Shown piece by piece: positions 53,441-59,097 of a stretch of DNA of 59,097 nt (the stretch's first letter is position 1; every line of letters starts with the position of its first letter). The notes below the pieces were generated by a model that was not told the DNA's origin, made no database searches, and saw only the letters and a list, made by a program, of their open reading frames with translations. Position numbers and translations under genes: made by a program. The stretch is from positions 1 to 59,097 of the forward strand of contig CAZAJY010000001.1 of NCBI GenBank assembly GCA_964485905.1. The letters are read 5' to 3'. The stretch is from an uncultured Candidatus Saccharibacteria bacterium. Lineage in GTDB: Bacteria > Patescibacteriota > Minisyncoccia > Phycocordibacterales > GWA1-40-21.

Positions 53441-53875
53441 TTACCAGACCTGATCTTTATAGGCCTCTGGATCTTGAAAACTATTAGCATAATCTAAAGC
53501 ATGTACATAAATATCATCTATAGCGTTATATTTTGCTGTTAATGCTATCTTTTTGGCATAATCAAATATTTTTTGAGCAATAACAGGGTCTTTGGTACCG
53601 ATTAATGCTCCTTTTTCCTTAGTGTATTGGGGATCGTCTGTGGCATTAGCTTGAGGAAAATTTAAAACGTAACCAAGCTCTTCATTCCACTGGCAGCCCA
53701 TTTCAACACCATTCACGGTTTCCTGTGCAAAAAATTTATCTCCCTGATTATTTTTATTAGAATTTAAATTTGAATTTAACATAGCGATTATTATAATAAT
53801 GATAATTAATATTACAATACCAAGAATACTCCATTTTCTACTTTTTGAATTATTATTTTGTTCTGAATTATCCAT
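53441..53875 (-). CDS. hypothetical membrane-anchored protein
   Basis: 144 aa with an N-terminal TM (WSILGIVILIIIIIIIAML). Confidence 0.45.
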   Translation of the reverse strand: MDNSEQNNNSKSRKWSILGIVILIIIIIIIAMLNSNLNSNKNNQGDKFFAQETVNGVEMGCQWNEELGYVLNFPQANATDDPQYTKEKGALIGTKDPVIAQKIFDYAKKIALTAKYNAIDDIYVHALDYANSFQDPEAYKDQVW

Positions 53876-53885
53876 ATCTTAATTT

Positions 53886-54749
53886 TTAAATTGATAATTT
53901 AAAAGCACTCTCAGGAATCGGCTCGTTAACTTTGAAAGACTTAATTGACATTTTGGCTGTCATCTGAAAATTTTGATTACCTTCCGTCTGTGACGTCGCT
54001 GACATTAAACCAGAAAGAGCAATAATATACTTTGGATGCATACAGGTCTCGGCTTCACTTGTAACATTATCATTAACAACTCGGTTTTTAAAACACGGGG
54101 AAACAAAACCAAGAATTTCTTTATTCCCTAGGTATTTCCAGGTCTTAATTTGTTCTTTCGGATAAAGAAAAGAATAGGTCTTAGGCGTTTCTGGCATTTG
54201 CATCCCATCAAAACACATGCCAGTCACACAAACTTTAACTGTTGAATAATCTACACGAAAATTTTTACCCTCATCATGCATCGTCCCAATTAAAAGATTC
54301 TCATTAAAGAGACGGCCAGCCGAGTACATATCAATTTTACCCTTATATTGATCCTGACCCCAACCAAAATTTAGATAAAACTTAAGAGTATCAATAGAAA
54401 ATGGAGCATCTACTTTAGAGGATAGGGAATCGCTATAAGCTAATTCCATAACTAATGAGGTTGGCATTTCCAAACCATTTATATAGTCAGCCAACTCAGC
54501 TTCTGTAAATTTCGTTAATAAATATTCACCCATTACTGGTTCTGGTTCAGTTCTTGGGCTCGGTATTGGTTGATTATTTTTATCAAAAAACTTGCTGTAC
54601 TGCCATTGACCTTCTTTTTTAAATTCAACTGGGCCAATTTTAATATCTTGAGTACCCCAGACAGCGTAGCCACAAAGACTACCGCAAGCTAGGATACAGA
54701 CACAGATTAAAAACCAAACTAGTGCTATCCCTTTTTGTGTGTTTTTCAT
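53886..54749 (-). CDS. hypothetical secreted protein or lipoprotein
   Basis: 287 aa with a signal-like N-terminus containing Cys residues (LICVCILACGSLCG). Confidence 0.45.
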   Translation of the reverse strand: MKNTQKGIALVWFLICVCILACGSLCGYAVWGTQDIKIGPVEFKKEGQWQYSKFFDKNNQPIPSPRTEPEPVMGEYLLTKFTEAELADYINGLEMPTSLVMELAYSDSLSSKVDAPFSIDTLKFYLNFGWGQDQYKGKIDMYSAGRLFNENLLIGTMHDEGKNFRVDYSTVKVCVTGMCFDGMQMPETPKTYSFLYPKEQIKTWKYLGNKEILGFVSPCFKNRVVNDNVTSEAETCMHPKYIIALSGLMSATSQTEGNQNFQMTAKMSIKSFKVNEPIPESAFKLSI

Positions 54750-54780
54750 CTTTTATATTTTAAATTAAATGGTTAATAAA

Positions 54781-55260
54781 TTACTTTTTAAGATTTTTAG
54801 TAAAAAGATCAATAAACATTTGAGTTTCTTTATTGTTAGGAATAGAAGTTGGTAAATTATTATTAGTATTAGTTGTAGAACTAGAACCTAAATTAGTTGG
54901 TATAAATTTAGAGATATCATTTAATAATTTTCCTTCTTTAAAACTTTTATAAAAATTTAGACCAATAAAAATTCCACTAGAAATTCCAAATCCTAATAGA
55001 AAGAGGAAAATTAAAAAAAAGAGACGGCCAAAAAAGGAACGCTTCTTTTTAATAGGTGTTGGATTTGTTACCACGACTGGAGCTGGGCCGTAATTAACTG
55101 GGTTAACTGGTGTTATTGGAGTAGGGGAAGTAAGTCTAAACCCTTCCTGAATATCAGCAAATAGCCATCCCTGACTAATTAGAGTTTGAGTAATAATTTC
55201 TTGCGTCTGTCCGCCAGCCAAAGCCGAGCGGATATAAGTTAGAAGTTCTTGTGTGACCAT
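54781..55260 (-). CDS. hypothetical single-pass membrane protein sharing an N-terminal module with the upstream paralog
   Basis: The N-terminus MVTQELLTYIRSALAGGQTQEIITQTLISQGW is identical to that of the 55284-56570 ORF. Confidence 0.5.
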   Translation of the reverse strand: MVTQELLTYIRSALAGGQTQEIITQTLISQGWLFADIQEGFRLTSPTPITPVNPVNYGPAPVVVTNPTPIKKKRSFFGRLFFLIFLFLLGFGISSGIFIGLNFYKSFKEGKLLNDISKFIPTNLGSSSTTNTNNNLPTSIPNNKETQMFIDLFTKNLKK

Positions 55261-55283
55261 AGTCTTATAAATTAATTGATAAA

Positions 55284-56570
55284 TTATTTTTCATAAATAT
55301 AAGTATTGTCCTTATGATCAATAAACATTTGCATTCCATTTACAGATTGAGGAGTGTTAGCATACATAGCCCTTATTTCATTAATATCTTTATTAAGCAT
55401 AAGATCATCATTGTCTTTATAATGAACGATAAAAGAATAATAATACTGTGGCAAAATGTTATCTCTAAGAATCTTTGTCGCCTCAACAAAAAAAGTATAT
55501 CCGTAGATAACACCAGACTTATCGTCTTTTATTTGCCTAATTTGTCTCTTCTCAGCAAAAAGAGCTTTGCCTAAATCAGTATCTGATTCATAAACTTTAA
55601 ACATATTCGGGGTGTCTTTCTTTTCTAAATCATTGGAAGACTTGGAAGATGTTTTATTGCAATCAAACCAATTACCTTGAGTATTCCAATCTATAGACTC
55701 TTTACATATTTGTATTGAAGCAACTCTTCCTTTAGATAAAATCTCAATAACTTGAAGGCCTGTTTGAAAAACTGACTTTGATTCAACTAAGGCGTCGGAA
55801 GAAGTGCTCCCGCGAGCAAGTAATTTCAAATCTATTACTTCTGGCCCTTGATGTTTAAAAATTTTTGTTATTGTTAAATTCTTGGCATCAAAAATTTCAG
55901 AAACTGGTGAAGACCATGTTTCTGCCACCTCAAATTCGTCGGTGGCAGTTTCTACTCTAGAATTATAATGATCAATGGTTATTTTAGAAAAATCAGAGAG
56001 ATCAGCATCTTGGGAATAATAACAAAGTAGTGGATCCAAATTTTGATTATTAAAAAAGATAGAGGCTCCGATGGTTCTCTTTAGTGTATTTCTAGCACAA
56101 CTATTCGTACTATCTGAAACTATTTTTGTATTATTGTTATTTTCATTATTATTTGTGGAAGAATTAGAAGGCTGTCCAAAAGAATCAAAAAAGGATTTAA
56201 CATTACTTAAAGATAAATTGGAAACTAATGTATTTTGACTTTTAAAAGTCTTATATGCTCTATACACTCTGTAACCCAAGATAAGGCCAGAAAGAAGAGA
56301 AATAATAATACCAATTACAATAATCCATAAAATTATTCGGCCAATGCCCCAGCCCTTTTTAGGTTCAATTACTCCTTGAGGATTTGCGACTGAATTAGGA
56401 TTAACTGGTTGGGTGTTTGTGGGCGTAGATATAGGCATAACAGCATTAAATCCTTCTTGAATATCTGCGACTGACCATCCCTGACTAATTAGAGTTTGAG
56501 TAATAATTTCTTGTGTTTGTCCGCCAGCTAGCGCGGAGCGGATATAAGTTAGAAGTTCTTGTGTGACCAT
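55284..56570 (-). CDS. hypothetical single-pass membrane protein with a large extracytoplasmic domain
   Basis: 428 aa: a shared 32-aa N-terminal module, a Pro-rich linker, a TM, then a unique domain. Confidence 0.5.
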   Translation of the reverse strand: MVTQELLTYIRSALAGGQTQEIITQTLISQGWSVADIQEGFNAVMPISTPTNTQPVNPNSVANPQGVIEPKKGWGIGRIILWIIVIGIIISLLSGLILGYRVYRAYKTFKSQNTLVSNLSLSNVKSFFDSFGQPSNSSTNNNENNNNTKIVSDSTNSCARNTLKRTIGASIFFNNQNLDPLLCYYSQDADLSDFSKITIDHYNSRVETATDEFEVAETWSSPVSEIFDAKNLTITKIFKHQGPEVIDLKLLARGSTSSDALVESKSVFQTGLQVIEILSKGRVASIQICKESIDWNTQGNWFDCNKTSSKSSNDLEKKDTPNMFKVYESDTDLGKALFAEKRQIRQIKDDKSGVIYGYTFFVEATKILRDNILPQYYYSFIVHYKDNDDLMLNKDINEIRAMYANTPQSVNGMQMFIDHKDNTYIYEK

Positions 56571-56705
56571 TTTGTTAATAATTAGTTAATAAAATTATAA
56601 TAATAATTATAACATATGCAAAAAAGAAAGGAATAGACCATAACAAAAGGACGGTTTATGAAATAAAACCGCCCTTTTGCATTTAGATAAATTAGAAATC
56701 AAACA

Positions 56706-57308
56706 TTACCAAGGATAATAATTTTGAAGTTTCTTAGAAATAGCTTTGGAGTAGAAATAATACATAATTAAGTGAGCGACAGAAGAAATAATTAATCCAA
56801 TAAATAGAAAACCTAGGAACAAGCTAGCTAATACAGGTAGAATAGCTAAAACTAAACCAATTACTGTCCAAACCAAAGTCGGAATCCAGAATAAAGTGAA
56901 TATACTATTGATGTATTTTGAGAGGAAAGCAGAACCTTTTATAAAATCTCTAATATAATTAAAGATAAAATAAAAGATAATACCACCAATAATATTAGCA
57001 ATAATGGCATAAATTACCGTTGGAACCAAACTAACAAAAGAAAAAGATCGTGAATAACCATAACCACTATAACGCATGGAGTAAGTTAACATACTAACAA
57101 GCCAACTCACAACACTAAAAATTGTACCGTAAATTGCAAACGTCTTAACGGTATCCATAAACTTAGGATTCTTGGTCAAAGAATCTAATTGGAAGCCGGG
57201 ACCCGCTGGTGCTAGATTTCCAGGATTAACTGGGGGTGGCACAGGGGCTGATGGGGGAACTTGTGTATTTTGTGGAGGCATATTTTCTTGATTAATCCCA
57301 CTTCGCAT
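56706..57308 (-). CDS. hypothetical polytopic membrane protein with a Pro-rich N-terminus
   Basis: 200-aa ORF. An alternative start MPPQNT lies at 57281. Confidence 0.45.
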   Translation of the reverse strand: MRSGINQENMPPQNTQVPPSAPVPPPVNPGNLAPAGPGFQLDSLTKNPKFMDTVKTFAIYGTIFSVVSWLVSMLTYSMRYSGYGYSRSFSFVSLVPTVIYAIIANIIGGIIFYFIFNYIRDFIKGSAFLSKYINSIFTLFWIPTLVWTVIGLVLAILPVLASLFLGFLFIGLIISSVAHLIMYYFYSKAISKKLQNYYPW

Positions 57309-57438
57309 AAAGCTTCGCGGGATAGATTAATAAACTAATAAACTTGTCCCGCGTAGTTAATTCTTATTAACGTAGTGGGAATAACGACTGTCTTACAATT
57401 ATACTACTAAGAGAAATTAAAAACAATCAAAATCAGGA

Positions 57439-57786
57439 TTATTTCAAAAAAGTAAATAATTTACCAATTACCGGCAAGGTTTTTATTTCCCGATTTAAAA
57501 CATGCTTAATTCCGGTAATTAATAGACCTATCATCACAATATTCCATAAACCCTTAAATAGAGCCATAAAACCAAGCCACCAAGGGAGAAAATCTAGGCC
57601 AAAATTGCCAATAACAGCGACTAAAAGTAGGATAATCCCTTGATTAATGTGAAAATTTAAAAAAGATGAACGATTTTTGACCGCCAGAAGGGGAATGAGA
57701 AATAAAAAATAAGCCACGATGCTCCACAATTTATCGTGATCAATTTCGTGATTAATTTCGTTGGTGTTTTGATTTTGTGTTTCCAT
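57439..57786 (-). CDS. DUF4870-like small membrane protein
   Basis: 115 aa containing LWSIVAYFLFLIPLLAVKNRSSFLNFHINQGIIL. Confidence 0.55.
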   Translation of the reverse strand: METQNQNTNEINHEIDHDKLWSIVAYFLFLIPLLAVKNRSSFLNFHINQGIILLLVAVIGNFGLDFLPWWLGFMALFKGLWNIVMIGLLITGIKHVLNREIKTLPVIGKLFTFLK

Positions 57787-57804
57787 ATTTAGATTATAAC
57801 ATCT

Positions 57805-58761
57805 TTAACTTTTATTATGAAACTTTTTATGAATGTCACGGAGATGTTTGTCGGTGATATGGGTATAAATTTGAGTTGTCCCGATATTGGCGTGACCGAG
57901 CATGGCTTGAACGGAACGAATATCAGCACCATTTGATAATAAATCTGTCGCAAAAGAATGGCGGATCGTATGGGGTGTAACGCGACTAGTGATACCGGCA
58001 AGAGTGGCGTAGCGTTTTACAATTCTTTCAATGGAACGCGGAGTCAAACCACCGTCGGGATCAGCCGATTGCTTACCTTGTTTCTTTTCATCAGCCACTT
58101 TTACAAAAAGAGCATCTGACATATCTTTACGCAAAGCCAAATAATCTTTTACCGCTTTTTTTGCTTCATCTGATAGAAAAACTACCCGAATTTTTCCACC
58201 TTTGCCCCGAATAGAAAATTCATCCATTTGCAAATCTAAATCATTTTTTAATGAACATAATTCAGCGACGCGCAAGCCGGTAGAAAATAACAATTCCAAA
58301 ATCGCATGGCCACGCGCCCTTTTTTCCGGATTTTTTTCTTGATCTGGAGCTTTTAATAAACGTTTAAGTTCATCATGAGATATAACATCAATGGAACGCT
58401 CGCCAACTTTAGCCAATTCAATATTATCAGCTGGTAGGGAAGTAATACCCCGACGAGTTAAAAATCTCAAAAAAATGCGTATGGCAATTAGATAATAATT
58501 TTGGGTTTTTTTAGTTAAATTACCACCATCAACAATTTGATTTGATCCTTTAAAAATTTTAAATTTCGCGCCCGGTTGGCGATTCAACCAGAGACGAAAT
58601 TCGCGAACTTTTTCGTTGGTAATATCTTTGGGGTCCTTGATTTTGGCTTGGGTGAAAAAAAGTGTTAAATAACGATCATAATTTGCAACAGTTTTCACCG
58701 CTCGCCCCTTTTCGATTTCAATATATTCCAGAAATTGAGTTTTGAGTTCATTTAGAGTCAT
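57805..58761 (-). CDS. tyrosine recombinase XerC/XerD-like
   Basis: RHSFATDLL, LGHANIGTTQIYTH and an ARG.. box are present. Start taken at MTLNELK; the ORF extends to 58770. Confidence 0.85.
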   Translation of the reverse strand: MTLNELKTQFLEYIEIEKGRAVKTVANYDRYLTLFFTQAKIKDPKDITNEKVREFRLWLNRQPGAKFKIFKGSNQIVDGGNLTKKTQNYYLIAIRIFLRFLTRRGITSLPADNIELAKVGERSIDVISHDELKRLLKAPDQEKNPEKRARGHAILELLFSTGLRVAELCSLKNDLDLQMDEFSIRGKGGKIRVVFLSDEAKKAVKDYLALRKDMSDALFVKVADEKKQGKQSADPDGGLTPRSIERIVKRYATLAGITSRVTPHTIRHSFATDLLSNGADIRSVQAMLGHANIGTTQIYTHITDKHLRDIHKKFHNKS

Positions 58762-58791
58762 GTCGCACAATAATTATAACATGATTTACAG

Positions 58792-58872
58792 AAAAAACAT
58801 TCGAATTTTTCATCGCGTCGGAGCCCACCCGTACTCGGGAAGGGTGAAGCGTGAAAAATTTGAATGTTTTTT
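58792..58872. repeat. long-hairpin element with a conserved 39-nt apical core, copy 2
   Basis: A 21-bp stem (aaaaaacattcgaatttttca / tgaaaaatttgaatgtttttt, one G-U pair) encloses the same core as 17648-17686. Confidence 0.75.
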
Positions 58873-58923
58873 AGGGAAATCAAAGGTATTGCAATTATAA
58901 AAGAAATGTGCTAGTATCTTCGC

Positions 58924-59097
58924 ATGCTTACAAAAACAAAGAAAGCAAAGGTTATAAAGGAAGTGGCAATTCACGAGACTGATACTGGCTCAACTGAAGT
59001 TCAGGTGGCTGTTTTGAGTAAGAGAATTGACGAATTGGCCTCACATTTAAAGAAAAATCCAAAGGATAATCACTCCCGCCGAGGCTTACTTGGTATG
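58924..59097 (+). CDS. rpsO: 30S ribosomal protein S15 (3' end truncated by the window edge)
   Basis: Hand translation: [58 protein letters not shown]... A TTGCAA-17-TAGTAT promoter-like site lies upstream. Confidence 0.85.
   Translation, partial: MLTKTKKAKVIKEVAIHETDTGSTEVQVAVLSKRIDELASHLKKNPKDNHSRRGLLGM

Overview
AT-rich, gene-dense bacterial chromosome segment. The gene content looks like a small-genome Candidate Phyla Radiation (Patescibacteria-like) organism; that assignment is inference from gene content and style, not a search result. Core content: (1) a str/S10/spc ribosomal supercluster on the minus strand (rpsL-rpsG-fusA-[inserted ORF]-tuf-rpsJ-rplC-rplD-rplW-rplB-rpsS-rplV-rpsC-rplP-rpmC-rpsQ-rplN-rplX-rplE), which runs straight into adk-map with rpsN through secY absent; (2) type IV pilus-like genes (PilB, PilC, several prepilin-type proteins, a LamG-tipped pilin) and a split ComEC; (3) housekeeping genes (nusA, tig, rsmE, clpP, rny, hup, cca, xth, recJ, tpiA, rnhA, xerC-like, partial rpsO) and four tRNAs. 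The standout accessory region is 23.6-27.3 kb. It holds a complete diversity-generating retroelement (DGR): a reverse transcriptase, an Avd-like ORF, one 119-nt template repeat (TR) and two paralogous small target genes whose 3' ends are variable repeats (VR). Every TR/VR difference (16 and 15) falls on a TR adenine, and there are none at the other 92 positions. The cassette layout is unusual: avd is antisense and its start overlaps the RT start; a terminator-like hairpin follows the TR; the targets are G+C-rich and lack a signal peptide; both carry near-consensus promoters, a conserved leader hairpin and an identical 99-nt 3' flank. Other structure the genes do not explain: a dispersed GC-rich palindromic element family (7 copies, one in-frame inside rsmE); a long-hairpin element with a conserved 39-nt core and copy-specific perfectly complementary arms (2 copies); identical 22-bp palindromes bracketing an orphan PaaX/Cas2-fold gene; a shared leader hairpin before rpmB and hup; a promoter-proximal terminator before nusA; and a local cluster of GTTTCAYRTGAAAC-type palindromes. 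No CRISPR array and no rRNA gene were seen.
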